DNA of 64,000 bases from the human T2T-CHM13v2.0 reference genome, Homo sapiens. Shown in pieces: positions 18,612 to 42,225 of the stretch. A program made the position numbers and the translations under genes. Below the pieces are notes generated by a model, which did no database searches, had not been told where the DNA came from, and worked only from the letters and a program-made list of their open reading frames with translations. The stretch lies in NCBI RefSeq assembly GCF_009914755.1, contig NC_060941.1; one strand, given 5' to 3'. The stretch's first letter is position 1. Every line of letters begins with the position of its first letter.

Positions 18612-19964
18612 CTATACACTGAAAAATGGTTAAGATGGTAAATTTTATGTGTAGTTCACCACGCACACAAAAATTGGGACTAAAGGGGGACACAGCAGTG
18701 GAACGGGTTGTGGCAATGCCTGGGGATGTCCAGGGCCAGGGGCGGCTCTCAGCAAAGAATTTCTGCTGCCAATTATGCTGTGATTGGGTGAAGATCTGAG
18801 AGGCACCGCAATTGTTTTCAAACTAGGTCCTTGTGAATACTTCTAATTATATGACCTCACGCCGAGGCGGCCGGCCAAGGGGTAACTGTTTGGCCAGTGA
18901 ACAGAGCTGCCCTCTGTGGTCGGTGGCCTGCAGCCTTCTGGGTGAGGGTGGGGGTGGGGAGCCTGTACTAAATTGTTGGATAATATGGTAAAGGTGGCTG
19001 CAGTTTCCTTTCAACTTTTCCTATTTCCCCTTCTAACCCACTTTCCCACCCACAAAATAATGTGTCTTCAGAGAGCCCTCGGCTTCCCAGGGCTGGAGGT
19101 GGAGTGGAAAGGGTTGCATTATGATTGCAACCCCAGCCAGCCACTACCTCATCATGGAGTGGATCGTTTCCTATTCTTGGAGACTTTGGGTCTGATTCAC
19201 CTCTGACCACACAAAGCCATTTCAATGCGTCTTTCAGGAGCTCCTCCACCCAGCCCCTGTCAGGACCCTCAGCACCCACCCCTAAGAGTTCTTTGTCCCG
19301 AGAAACTGGTGCGAGCCAGAACGGATCAGGAGAGATTGGTGGCAGCAGTCATTTAGGTGCTTGTCTTTGGTTAGTGCGGCCCTGCAAGGTGCCGTCTCAT
19401 TGGGAATTTCCTTGCACCTGCCCCACTAAAGGCAGGTGGGTAGTGGTGACAACACATATATGGAGAAGTTGGGAAGTGGGAGAGAAACGTTTGCTTCCTT
19501 CCTGTCCTTTCACAGATCCCAAACCCGCTGAGGGCTTCCCATGGAAAGCTGTCTGGGCCCCTCAGCCTGCCTCTCTTGGGACCCCCCACAGACTGGCCCT
19601 GGCTGACCTTTGCAAATTCCTCTCTCATTTTTCCCCTGCAGGGACTCTCAACCCCAGCCAGACTGATCCACCCACCATCCTCGCAAAATGCCTTTCTTCC
19701 ATGACGACTGCCCCTTCCTTCCTTGCTCACGCCATGCCCTCCCCCAATCTGGAACGCCCTCCCCACTCCTCTTCCCTGCAACTCATAACCATTTTTCAAG
19801 GCCCAGTTCCAACCCCAATCCCACTTCTTGGATGACGCACTCCTCTTCTGTCCCAGTCCAAATTTCCGATGTCAGCATCTGAACTCGGGATAACCTCATT
19901 CCCCGAGCTGCCACTCATTCAGGCACCAGTAGCTCTGGACGGGGGCTGGACACGCCCCTGTGTT

Positions 19965-20130
19965 GTCTCTCACTTAATCCTCCCCATTATCTAATAAGCA
20001 CCGCCACTGTCCTGCCACTTTGCAGATGAGGATAGCTGAGTCTTAGAAAAGGAAAGGAACTTGCCCAGGGCCATGAGATTAGTAGGTAGCCAATCTGGGA
20101 TTCAAATTCATTTTTTTCTAGCCCCAAATT
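19965..20130 (-). mobile_element. MIR SINE
   Basis: 'tttgcagatgagg...cttgcccagggcca...ctgggattcaaa'. Confidence 0.6.
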
Positions 20131-20270
20131 CCCTTGTTTTAATTTACATGATCGCAATTGCCTTAACTCCCTGAGAAACATGACTCGTTTCATTCATTCA
20201 ACCATTCATTCAATGAACACAGTACATTTCGTGCCAATCACCCAGCTAAGCTGTAAAAATCCCCAGCTTT

Positions 20271-20618
<348 letters not shown>

Positions 20619-21039
20619 TTATTACAGAAAGTGGAGGAAGGATGGTAGCAGAGGGGAGGGCAGAGTTATAATTCCCACTGAATGGATGCGGAAACTGAAG
20701 GAAGGCAGGACAACACAGTCGGCCAAGATGGTAAGCAGAGCCCGCCATCACCACCCAGGGATCAGGGCTTCCCAAGCACTGACTATTCTTCCTTGCATTT
20801 TCTGGGTGCCTTGCTCGATGCAAATGCATACAAACGTAGGCTTGGATAAGCGCCTTGGCAACGCCCCTACAAATATTCATGATCATTATTAGTATGTTAC
20901 CAACCTATTGGTTAATTCTTCTCCTAACTCAGGAGACCTCCAAAAAGAAGAGGGATGGCCTGCGCTTCCGACGTGGCAGGAAAGGAGTCACGTGCTCCGG
21001 GGTCCTTCCGCGTCGCCCCGCGCGTCCGGAGCCAGGCCG

Positions 21040-21145
21040 GGGTTGCCAAGCAACCGGTAAACGCCGCCGTTTGAGGAGCACCGGAGCCGCGACCGTGGAT
21101 TGAACGCTTCCCCAGAGACCCAGAAGCAGAAGGAGCGGACCCAGG
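21040..21145 (+). other. DNAI2: DNAI2 exon 1 (non-coding; 5' end approximate)
   Basis: ATG-free segment in the CpG-rich region ending at a strong donor CAGG|gtaagg (GT 21146-21147). Confidence 0.78.
21042..21054. promoter_or_regulatory. RFX X-box GTTGCCAAGCAAC at the DNAI2 start site
   Basis: Fits GTNRCC(N0-3)RGYAAC and sits in the imperfect palindrome GGTTGC-CAA-GCAACC. RFX factors are established regulators of ciliary genes. Confidence 0.8.
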
Positions 21146-22109
21146 GTAAGGGGCGGGCGCCAGGAGGACGTCGGAGGCTAAAGACTAGAGTGGAGAGTGA
21201 CAGGGAGAGACTTACAGGGTAATAACCACCAAGAGTGCCAAACATTCCTCTTGGGGGGCTTCCTTCTGGGATAGCTCTGCCAGATGGTGGCTGCCAGGAC
21301 TAGCGCTCCTAGTGCCCTCTTCCCCTTAGTCCTCGCTGCCCTGGATCCGCCCCAAGTCGCAGGACCCTGCAGCCTCTGTACACCCTGCCTCATACCCTCC
21401 TACCCACTCAGGTCCTGATACAGTCCTTGTCCTGGAGTGGACTGGAGACCTCTGAAGGATTTACAGCTGAATGGATGGAAAAAAAAGAAGAAAAACAGCC
21501 TCCGGCTAGGGTGATGGGAAGATGGGCCCTTTAAGAGGAGAGCTTTCTGCTCAGGATAGAGGGATGTAAATTAACAGTATTGCACACCTGCTAGGTGGCA
21601 GGTGTTTTAAGTGCTTTCTTTCATTTCTTCCTCAACCTGGGAGCTGGCGTTCTCGTGTGATCGAGGTCATACAGTTGGTGAGTTCCTCCGGAGCGTGTGC
21701 AGTTCCTCCTTCCTGCTCAAGGTCAAGGTTTACCACATTCTCTTGAACCACAGAAGTGCGTCTTCTCCCAGCTTTCAGACCCTATGTGTTTTCCTCTCGA
21801 ATCCTTGGTTTCAAATCCTTTGCTTGTTTGTCACGGTCAGCAGAGGAGGAACAGGGGAGAGAGCTGTAGAGAGAAGCCTGGTAGGCGCTGGTATCACAGT
21901 CACTAACGCAGCAGGTGACAGGAGTCTTGGGCCCCTTCTATGTGCCAGTCCCTGGGGACGGGAGTGAATAAAAGACCACAGTCTTTCCGTCAAGGAGACC
22001 ACAAGGTAGTTGTGAGGGCAGGTAGTCACTGACCCCCATCGGTCTCCAATTCTGGGGACCTCTTCCCAACTCGTCCTGCCCTCAACCTTCACTTTCCTTG
22101 GGGGGCTCA

Positions 22110-22710
<601 letters not shown>

Positions 22711-23846
22711 AGGGAAGGAAGTCCTCTCCTGCCAGGTGCCATGCAGGGCCCACCACTCGCAGGAACCCAGTAGGGGCTGTACCAGGGACCAAGAAGAAGA
22801 GGAAAATGTTCTCATCTCCTTATTCCACTAGGGAGTTCAATGTGGAGGGCTGACCTTCCAGCTTGCCTCCTTCCCAGTCTCCCACGCTGACACTCCTCCT
22901 CCCCATCACTCCCTTGGCCTTCCTCCCAGCTTGGAAAACACACTTTCCCTTAAGCCACCGGAGGTTCTCTCCAGGAATTACTTTGCTCATTCTCACTGCA
23001 CAAGACGAGTTTTGTTTTTATAGTGAGTGAAGGTTCCCATCTGACTGCCTCCCCGGGGATGCGGGAGACGCCTGAATCTTTGATGTCTGGACCACAGCGT
23101 CCCTGATTCTGCGTGTTCCTGTGTTTGAGACTCACAGTGGTGTTCTTCACGCCTCTGGGACTCTAGGTTCCCACGGGGGGAGGATCTCCCCCCAAAACTC
23201 CAGAGGGCAGTGACACTGCTCCCGTCCCCGCTCTGTCACCCCATGCAGACACTCCTGCTCAGGCCTTGCTTGGGGAAGCCCACCCTCTAGCACTAGTCTC
23301 ACAAGAGGTTGGGGGAGACCTCCTGAGACGCCCTTTGCTGACCTTGCTATTCATCTGTGTGCCCTGCTAGCTTGTGAGAAGAGCTTGCTCTGGGTCCTTG
23401 AATGGGTTGTCTTCCCGTCACCAGGCCAGTCTTTAAATGTCCCCTCTGTCTGCCTCCAGACACAAGACAATGCCTCTGTTCTCACTCGGGGCTTGGCCTT
23501 GGGAAACACCAAGAAGGAAAGCAAAGCTGTTAAAAATCTGATCTGGGCTAAAGAGGCTATTTCTGTCTTCCTGGAGTTTCCTCATTCTCTTCAATCTCCT
23601 TGTGTCCCCTAGGAGCCAGCTGGCTTGCAGCAATTTCTTTTAAAAGTCAGAGACAGGCAGCCCTAATTGCCTGAGTCCTGCAGCCCCATGTGGGAGGCAC
23701 AGTTGCTTCACACTGTGTTGGCAAAGGGGAGGATGCCACGGGATTTGCATGCTTTTTCACAAGGCCGTAGCTTTGTCCATGTGGTAAAAACACACTGGGG
23801 CACCCCGCTACAATCTGGGCTTCTCATCCCACCCTGTGCCCTCTAA

Positions 23847-24222
<376 letters not shown>

Positions 24223-24519
24223 ATGCCACTTTCTGCAACAGTCTGGTTAAGGTTGAGTTGCTCTGGGGCTAGGAGTGGGATGGGGTGGTACTGTCTTCAA
24301 GACACAATGTATATGGATGCAAAGGGTTAACCTTCCTACCCTCCTTCTCCCCACCTGCTGCCCCAGCTGCTCCAGGGCCCAAGTTCCCCCTGGCACATGC
24401 TTCTAGGGGCACACAGCTCCTGCCCTGCCTCTCAGGGGCCAGCGGCCAGGACCCACTGGTCTGGTGCCTTGTAGCCCTGGAGGCGGGAGAGGGTAGGTAA
24501 GACACAGGTCTGGTAGTCA

Positions 24520-24958
24520 TGTTCACCTAGGGTGATTGTGAAAAACACGAATTGCTAGGCCCTGCCCCAGGCATCTAGTTCAGCATTTGCAGGAGAGAGG
24601 CCTGGGAGTCTGTGTATTTTTAAGGAAGATCCCAGGTTTCAGAAACGCTGGTTGAGAGATTAAGTTCCCTCACTTTAAATCAATGGTCCTCAAAGTTGGC
24701 TACACATGGAATTGCCTGGAGAATTAAAGAAAAAAAGCATATACTGATGAGAGATTCTGATGTAGTTGTTCTGGGGTTCAAACAGCATTGTGATTTCACA
24801 AAGCCCTGCAGGTGTTTCTAAATGTGCAGTCAGGACTAACAATCACTGCTTTAGAGCCAGACATGCCTGGTGGTTCTGCCTGAACTGAAGAACTGTGACC
24901 TTTGGCCCTGTATTAATACTTCATCTCTCCAGGCCTCAGTTTCTTCATCTCGAAAATG
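24520..24958. mobile_element. MER5A/MER5B and MIR relics
   Basis: 'caatggtcctcaaagttggctacacatggaattgcctggagaa', 'caggtgtttctaaatgtgcagtcagg', 'gcctcagtttcttcatctcgaaaatggg'. Confidence 0.55.
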
Positions 24959-26296
<1,338 letters not shown>

Positions 26297-26339
26297 TAGC
26301 AAAACCTGCTCACAGGCAAACCTGCTCACGTAATCCTGT

Positions 26340-26735
<396 letters not shown>

Positions 26736-27508
26736 TAAGGCTCTGTGCAACCCCAGGAGCCTTGCACAGATCCTCAATCTGAGCCCCTGGAAACTTGCTA
26801 TCAAAGGCACAATTTCTGAAAGTGCAGGTGGCTGGCAGACGGAAATCTCTGCTAATTCCATGGTGTGATATGGCAGGTACACAGGTCAAAGCGCCAACCA
26901 CTGAACTCATTGAGAAAGCCCTCAGACCCAGTGGAGTCTAGTGATGTCATGGGGGAGTCAGAAAGGTCAAGGGCAATATGTGGGAATGGCCCAGCCCATT
27001 GCATTTTTACAACTTCTAATCAGCATCAGTGAGAAACCCTTCCTTGCGTGGCCTGTGAACCCCGCCTCTGATGCTGCTGGAGCACTTTCATTTCACTTCT
27101 CAGCATCCTGTGGGTGTGTCAGGTCTCAGAAAGACTAAGTGGCCCTGCCTAGGTCACGCAGCTGGTGACGGGAGGCCCAGAACTTGAAATCAGGGCCGAG
27201 CCCAGCCCACTTCCCAATTCCCTGCTGTGTCCCATGACCAGTAGCACGCGTCAGAGGCTTTCCCAAAGGCCTCCATGTCCCGCCTGTTGGGGAAGCCCCT
27301 GGCTTTCTCTCTGTCTGGGATTGACTCTCAGCTCTGTCCTGGTTGGAGAGAAGAGATTTCCAGGATGGTACCCAGACAGTGGTGGAGGCCAGAGTCTGGC
27401 AACCAACGAGCCTTTTGGACAATTGGGTGGGGAGTTGGGTCATTGGGTTGGAGAGGAGGGGTTCAAGAAGAGGCCCAGGGGTCTCAAATCTGTGTCCTGT
27501 GTGTTTCA

Positions 27509-27905
<397 letters not shown>

Positions 27906-28024
27906 CCCTAAAAACAAAAGACGAAAACTGTATCATTTGGTGGGTAAGAGCTTTGGAATGGGGGCAGACCAGCTGCAGCATGCATTAGCTATAGGACCTT
28001 GGGCAAGTCACTGATGGCATCTAA

Positions 28025-28355
<331 letters not shown>

Positions 28356-28414
28356 AAAATTTTTATTGCCCTCCTCAGAGAGCAACTGCAATAACTAAAC
28401 AGGGTAATGCTTAG

Positions 28415-28909
<495 letters not shown>

Positions 28910-29111
28910 TAGACCAAATGCAGATGCTGGAAGTGAGGGCAGAGGCTCCCCCTGAGTTCCACGCAGTGCTCAGGGTCAGAGGAAGACCCAGCACCCGCCT
29001 TCCTCGAGCCAGGGAAGTGCAAATCACAATGTTCCCTCTCCCAAGAGCTCTTGTTTCACCTCGAAGACACTTACCAGAGTTGTTTTGGATGTTTGGTGTA
29101 GCTGGGAGACA

Positions 29112-29398
29112 TTTTTTTTTTTAAACAGGGTCTCACTCTATCACCCAGGAGTGCAGTGGTACAAACTCGACTTACTGCAACCTTCGTTTCCTGAATTCAA
29201 TAGATCCTCCCACCTCAGCCTCCCTGGTAGCTGGGACTACAGGTGTGCACCACCACGCCTGGCTAATTTTTGCAATTCTTGTAGAGATGAGGTTTTGCCA
29301 TGTTGCCCAGGCTGGTCTCAAGCTCCTGGGCCCAAGTAGTCCTCCCGCCTTGGCCTCCCAAAGTGCTGGGAATACAGGCATGAGCCACTGTGCCCAGC
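29112..29398 (-). mobile_element. Alu (J-type)
   Basis: Alu consensus. Confidence 0.88.
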
Positions 29399-30084
29399 GT
29401 GGGAGAGATATTCTGAGGGAGCAGAGATTCATATCTACAGGCAACTACCCAGCTTGAGAAAAGGGAAGTGTCCCACAGAAAGTTCCAGCCAGAGGGGCCT
29501 CCACGATAAGAGAACTTATCTTGAGGGTCGTGGTCATGTGTTCAGAGGCCAAAAATTCCCTGTCTCTATGAACTAAGTGATTCACCCTAATTAGGTCAAC
29601 AACTGCTGAGATAAAATGATAACGAAATCACTTGATTTGGCCAAAACACGTCCAACAGTCAGGTGGGTGTGGGTGGTTTCAGTGACTCACAGTTCAAATG
29701 AATTAGGTGCTTCTCTCCCAGGACCAACTGCTCCCCCGGGGATGAGAAGGACTGTGGCCATGGTGTAGCCAATAAGCAGAATGGCCGCTATGTGGGCCAC
29801 ACCCTGGGGGCCCTCCTGTCGTTTCCAGCAGCTCTGCCTTTTCCAGACTTGTTTTGTTTTGTTTTGTTTTGTTTTAACCTTTCCTATGGTGCTGATCCAG
29901 ATTTTACCTTTTGTGAGAGCTGGCTTAAAAATGGAAAGGAGATGGGAGTGACTTCATGAGGATGGGGTTTCCATCCTGGGTGATGTAAGAGTTTTGGAAC
30001 TAGGTGGGGTTGATGGTTGCACAGCACTGTGTATAATAACGCTGCTGCAGTGTACGCTTTAAAGTGGTTATGTGGTAAATTTTA

Positions 30085-31040
<956 letters not shown>

Positions 31041-31160
31041 AGGGAAAGTGGCGACACCCACGTGTAAAACTGTCCTCCCTGCTAGAGAGGATAGGCAAAG
31101 CAAATCCAAACTTGGAGTTTTAACGTTCAATTTTTGTGACACTGACATTGTCAGTGATAG

Positions 31161-31509
<349 letters not shown>

Positions 31510-31837
31510 AATTATTCACCTTTTCTTTGGATTCTCACAGAGCAGATGGACAGGCTTCTCTGGTCCATTAGAATTCAGATAAGGTCAGAACAGGATTTTC
31601 ATGACCACAGCTACCAGTTGCAAAGCTGCTTAGCTCCACAGGGTTGCGCTGTTGCAGCTACCTGTGCCCACCTGATCACCAGGAATTTCCTTGCCTGCAT
31701 TTGAAAATACTGTGGCTCCGGCCAGGGCGCCTCAGCATCCAGCCCTGGGAGCCCCCGTGGGACCTGGCTTGCAGAAGTGGCCGAGGGTTTGGGAGTATAC
31801 CAGGGTGACGTCTTCCCTCCTGCGGCTCTCTGTTTAG

Positions 31838-32092
<255 letters not shown>

Positions 32093-32741
32093 TGAGGCTC
32101 GTGTGAATGCTGGGGGGAAGGGGACCAGCTGCTACCTCAAGGAGCCTTCTGTCTGGGAGCAGGCAGAGGTCCCAATCACAGACCAACAGGGAAGGCAGGG
32201 AGGTACAAGGGCTGACCGGGCATCAGGAGGAGTCTGACCTTGGGCAAAGGTGACTCCCAAAGTGCCCCACCCAGCAGCCAATAGGGATCATTCATTCATT
32301 TGACAAATTTGGACTGAACTTCAAGCCTCTGCCAGGCACAGTAGAGGTTGCAAAATGAATCTCATAATTGTTCTACATACTTGCCAGTGCAAAAAAAAAA
32401 ATTGTTTTAAGGAAAAAGAAATTTAAAATTTAAATTAAAAGAAAAAGAATCTCTTATACATCCTGTCCCAAAGAGATTGCAGTCCATTGGAGGTCAAAGA
32501 CAAATACAGAGACATCACCAGATAACATAAAAAGAAAGAAATGCTGAAAGAGAAGCATGACTTGTCCTTTGACTCCATGAGGAGGGAGGGTCAATCTCCT
32601 GCTGAAGGGAACAGGGAAGGCTTCCCGGAAGAAGTGGCAGGGCTTGGTTGTCCTTTGGTGGACATTTGCAATAAAGGGGAGGGCATTCTGGATGGAGGAA
32701 CCAGCTGTCTGCAAGGACAGGAAGAAGGAGATGAGTGCCAT

Positions 32742-32751
32742 ATACACACAC

Positions 32752-32790
<39 letters not shown>
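32742..32790 (+). repeat. Compound (CA)n(TA)n(GA)n microsatellite
   Basis: acacacacacatatatatatatagagagagag... Confidence 0.9.
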
Positions 32791-32805
32791 TTAATAATTT
32801 TATTT

Positions 32806-33090
32806 GGGCTGGGCTTGGTGGCTCACACCTGTAATCCCAGCACTTTGGGAGGCAGAGGCAGGCAGATCACTCGAGCTCAGGAGTTTGAGACCAGCCTGGC
32901 CAACATAGCAAAACCCCATCTCTACTAAAAATACAAAAATTAGCCAGGTGTGGTGGCACATGCCTGTAGTCCCAGCTACTTAGGAGGCCGAGGCAGGAGA
33001 ATTGCTTGAACCCGAGAGACGGAAGCTGCAGTGAGTCCAGATCGCACCCCTGCACTCTAACCTGGGCAGCAGAGCAAGACTGTGTCTCAA

Positions 33091-33143
<53 letters not shown>
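32806..33143 (+). mobile_element. Alu with (AAT)n tail
   Basis: Alu consensus. Confidence 0.9.

Positions 33144-33144
<1 letters not shown>
33091..33144 (+). repeat. (AAT)~17-18 microsatellite
   Basis: Pure trinucleotide run derived from an Alu tail. Confidence 0.95.
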
Positions 33145-33208
33145 TTTGTTTGTCTAGCATGGTGTTCTTCAACCTTTTCTTCATTATTGGCCTTCATGTT
33201 TTTTCTAA

Positions 33209-33528
<320 letters not shown>

Positions 33529-33781
33529 CCATCAAATGTTAATGCTATAGACATACTGTATATCTGTTCATGCGCTGCATGTATTTCCATGCTTTGTACC
33601 TAAAAAGCAATATTATTTTACCCCCAGGAACCAATTGAAAATTCCTCCATTGAAAGCACATGGTTAGGTGGATGGGAAAAGCCCCTGGCTATGTCCTGTC
33701 CCTCCCAGACTCCATTGCAGGCCTGGGCAATCTGAAAGGACCTCCATTTACTGCGGAGAACTTCCAATGTGTCCCCCCTAG

Positions 33782-33904
<123 letters not shown>

Positions 33905-34308
33905 TAGCGCCATAGCCAGGCAGGTGTCTGGCCACCCTCCGTCACCCCCATGCATGGGCGCCTCCAAAGGCAACTCCTTGCCATCGCTGCATGCCCTGGG
34001 TGCAGCACTGTCTGTGCTCTGAGCTTGATAAGTGACGTGGTGATAAGTCACCCAGCAGAGAAGTGGCCCTGCTCTGGGGGCGGGTCTGGTTGATGGAAAG
34101 GGAGTACAGACTCCAGAGAAAGTGAAATTGCCCAGCTGCGTACAGGTGGGGCATGTTCCTGCAGGGCAGAGTAAGTACAAGTACCAAGCATGAGCAGCTA
34201 GCAGCACTGTGGGCACACAGGCCCCCGCCGCGGCCTGCACTCATGCAAGTATATCCATGAATAACTCCAGAGGATAGAAGTTTGACACCAGGGATTCATC
34301 CCACAGGT

Positions 34309-34328
34309 TGTGTGTGTGTGTGTGTGTG
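34309..34328 (+). repeat. (TG)10 microsatellite
   Basis: Seen directly. Confidence 0.9.
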
Positions 34329-34476
34329 AAATCACCGCAGGCGTGGATATTCACTGCAGAGGGTGTATGCCAGCCAAAGACTAGAACAAGCTAAGTCCAT
34401 CCATAGGGGACTGGTTCTAGCAGTTCTGGCACACCCACACGACGGAATGCCATGCACCTGGTAAAGCGAGCGGGGC

Positions 34477-34818
<342 letters not shown>

Positions 34819-34899
34819 TCAGTATGTGAAAACCAAACCAAAACAAAGCCGGTGCAGAACAGGGTGTGCAGAGTGCCACTTTTTGTGGCAGTCCCCAAC

Positions 34900-35232
34900 T
34901 TAAACCATTTTTTGTCTTTGCAAGGCTGCAAAAGCAATGCAAATCCAGGAGAAACCGTACTTCAAGTACCCATACAACCATTCTGTTTTCCACCCTCAGT
35001 ACAGTATTCAGAAAATTACATGAGCTGTTCACCTCTTTATTATAAAATAAGCTTTGTGCTAGGTGATTTTGCCCAACTATAGGCTAATATAAGTGTTCTG
35101 AGCACATAGGCTGGACTAAGATGTGATGCTGGGTAGGTTAGGTGTATTCAATGCATTTTCAGCTCCTGATATTTCCAACTTACTATGGGTTTATCAGATG
35201 TAGCCAACATCATTAGATAAGGAGCATCTGTA
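34900..35232. mobile_element. Tigger3/MER7-like (TcMar) DNA transposon fragment
   Basis: 'ggctaatataagtgttctgagcac...ggttaggtgtatt...ggagcatctgTA', a TA-ending terminus. Confidence 0.55.
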
Positions 35233-35309
35233 TATGTGTATAAATATATGCATATGTGTATGTGTGTATATATGTGTAGATGTATGTTTACATGCCTGAT
35301 GTGAGGAGA

Positions 35310-35422
35310 ACATCTGTGATTTTGGACTTCTGGCATCCGGAACTGTGATAGAATCAATTTCTGTTGTTTGAAGCCACGCAGTTTGTGGGACCTCGTTGCA
35401 GCAGCCCCAGGAACAGAATACC
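35310..35422 (+). mobile_element. MaLR LTR (MLT1) 3' fragment
   Basis: 'ttggacttctggcatccggaactgtga...tttctgttgtttgaagccacgcagtttgtgg...gcagccccaggaac'. Confidence 0.65.
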
Positions 35423-36048
35423 CCATCCCAGAGCACCTTTGTAGGGTGTACAAAAGAAGCTGATAGGAAGGAGAGCTTGGGAACAGGGATGGGGAGAAGC
35501 CTGGGGAAGAAGGACTCCTCGGCCTTGAAGTCTGGTGGAAGGAGTTGCAGAAAGTGGGTGGAAGTGAGAAAGACCATGCTCTGTGGCCTCGGTTTTGACC
35601 ATGAAGAAAAAAGCAAGGCCGTCCAATCAGATGAGTGGAGATGAGCAGGAGGCTGGAATAGAGCAGCTGGGGAAATGCGGAGGGGAAGCTTGTGGACCTG
35701 GGGCAGAGGACAGACCTTGGGTCTGGGTGATGCAGGACTAGGGGTGTGAAAGGTGTTTGGGAAATGACTTGCCTCAGATCCCAGCTCTGGGGAATTCATT
35801 TCACTACCACGACTGACTTAGGGGCCTGGGAAGTACCTAGCCCAGTCCCAGCACAGCAAGAAAGAACTCTTTTCTGAGGCAGGGCTGACTCATGGTGTGC
35901 AAGCAGGGCCAGTGGCTGTCAGCAAGGGGTGTGCAGGAGAGGGCATGGCGGGGCAGAGGCTGCCCTTCCTGTTGCCCTCCAGCCCTGCTGGGCTCTGACC
36001 TCGTATATGGACCACCAGAGCAGGATGATGCATTAGAAATCATCCGAG

Positions 36049-36540
<492 letters not shown>

Positions 36541-36837
36541 GTGAGAAGCAGCGGGGTCCTGGTGGCCTGGGAGGGCTGAGGGCTGGGACCAGCACAAGTG
36601 GAGGAGCGGGAGGGAGGGGCAGGAGGTCAAGGACACTCACGCGGTTGGTGCCTCAAGGGAAGGGCCCGCAGTCGAGGAGGAACACACTCTTCTCCTTCCT
36701 CTCTTGTCTGGTTTCAGGCAGAGCCAAGCAGAGTCAAATCAGAAGCAGGAAACCCCCACCAATTCCAGATTCTTAGTTCGAGGCATGAAGACCTGACCCC
36801 ATGGGATCTCAATTCTTAGCTCCTAAGGAGCATATCA

Positions 36838-37347
<510 letters not shown>

Positions 37348-37823
37348 TCAGCATTATTAAAATAAACATGTAGGTACCAGGCAGAGAGCTAACGCCCGAC
37401 ATTCCAACAGCTCAGCGAGTTCTGGCAGCAGCCCTATGGGGTGGACTCCGTCATTATCTGCAGTCCACAGACCTGGTTGGAAGAAACCGGCAGAGAGTTG
37501 ACTTTGTGTAAAAACTTTAGTATCAAAACCTCGTTTCACACCAAACCTAGGAACTGGACTAGAAATATAATTATCACACACATACGCACACCCCAATCCT
37601 GTTCACCAAAAATAAAAACCATCAGCAAAGCCCCTAGGGTCAAGAATGCCAGATTCTGGCCAAGGTGGACCAGGGGGTGCAGGCTGGGGAAAGACTGGAG
37701 GGGCTTCCAGGCTTCCCCCTCTGCCACCATGCCCCCGCTACCCACCCGCAGAAGGGGTGAAACTGGTTGATCCTGTCCTTTTCTTTCCGGGCCTGGTGGG
37801 GATAATTTTTTTGTGCTTTATAG

Positions 37824-37937
37824 AAAACCCCAACAAGCCTGAACTTGCTCTGAAGCCATCGTCTCCACTCGTGACGTTGGAGTTCAACCCCAAAGATTCC
37901 CACGTACTCCTGGGTGGCTGCTACAATGGACAGATAG
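37824..37937 (+). CDS. DNAI2: DNAI2 exon 6 (114 nt, c.611-724)
   Basis: tttatag|AA; (E)[37 protein letters not shown]; TAG|gtaagg. Confidence 0.96.
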
Positions 37938-37953
37938 GTAAGGAGGGACCTAG

Positions 37954-38349
<396 letters not shown>

Positions 38350-38671
38350 TAAGTGGGGTGAGGGCCTCCCATAGCTGACCAACTGCAGACACGGGTGAGG
38401 CAGGTTTGGCTGACACCTCAGCAGTGTCTCCTGTTACTACTGTAAGTCTAAAATTAGCTCAAAATAAACAGTTTTAAAAAACTATAGTTCAAGTAAAATC
38501 AGAGAATATTTGACTAGGGGCCGCCATAAAGGGATGATGAGAGCGTTGGGGAGCCCTATTTTGGGAGAGGTTTCTGGGAAACCTACATGCTAACGGATAT
38601 GGGTAATACTGGCCTTATAGAATGAGTTGGGAAGTGTTCCCTTCTGGAAGTTTGTGAAGAATTGATATTAA

Positions 38672-41452
<2,781 letters not shown>

Positions 41453-41919
41453 TGATGAGTCATTTTTCTCTTGCTGCTTTCAAGAGTCTCTGTCTTCAGC
41501 TTTGATTATGACGTTTCTAGGTATGGATATCTTTGAGTTTATCCCACTTGGAATTCATTGAGTTTCTTGGATGTGTAGATTATTTTTTTAAAAATCAAAT
41601 ATGGAATATTTACAACCATTATTTATTCAAATATTCTTTCCTACCCTTTCTCTCTCTCCTCTCCTTCTGTGACTTCCATTATATGTATGTTGGCATGCTT
41701 GATGGTGTCCCATAGGTCTTTAGACTCTGTTTTTCTTTGTTCTCTTTTCTTTCTATTCCTCAGACTACATAATCTCAATTGACCCATCTTCACGTTCAGT
41801 GATTCTTCTGCCTGCTCAAATATGCCATCCTGTAGCTTCGCTGCTATATTTTTATTTTGGTTAATGACTCCAGAATTTCTATTTTGTTCTTTCTTTTAAA
41901 AATAATTTCTGTCTCATTT

Positions 41920-42033
41920 GGATGTGGTGGCTCATGCCTGGAATCCTAGCACTTTGGGAGGCTGAGGTGGGTGGATTACCTGAACTCAGGAGTTCAAGAC
42001 CAGCATGGGCAACATGGTCAAACCCCATCTCTA

Positions 42034-42069
<36 letters not shown>

Positions 42070-42225
42070 GCCAGGTGAGGTGGAGTGCACCTGCAATCTC
42101 AGCTACTTGGGAGGCTGAGGCAAGAGAATTGCTTGAACCCAGGAGGCAGAGGTTGCAGTAAGTTGAGATTGTGCCACTGCACTCCAGGCTGGGCAACAAA
42201 GCGAAACTCTGTCTTCAAAAATAAT
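41920..42225 (+). mobile_element. Alu with expanded middle A-tract (~A30 at 42037-42066)
   Basis: Alu consensus. Confidence 0.88.

Larger units (their letters stand above)
20950..21180 (+). promoter_or_regulatory. DNAI2: DNAI2 promoter / small CpG-rich island
   Basis: Local CpG enrichment (ccgcgtcgccccgcgcgtccgg), E-box GTCACGTG 20987-20994, X-box 21042-21054, GC box just after the exon 1 donor. Confidence 0.8.

Noticed and set aside
19125-19835. 236-aa + strand ORF upstream of DNAI2
   Set aside because: Non-ATG start (TTG), Pro/Ser-rich, no recognisable domain or splice context; expected by chance in GC-rich DNA.
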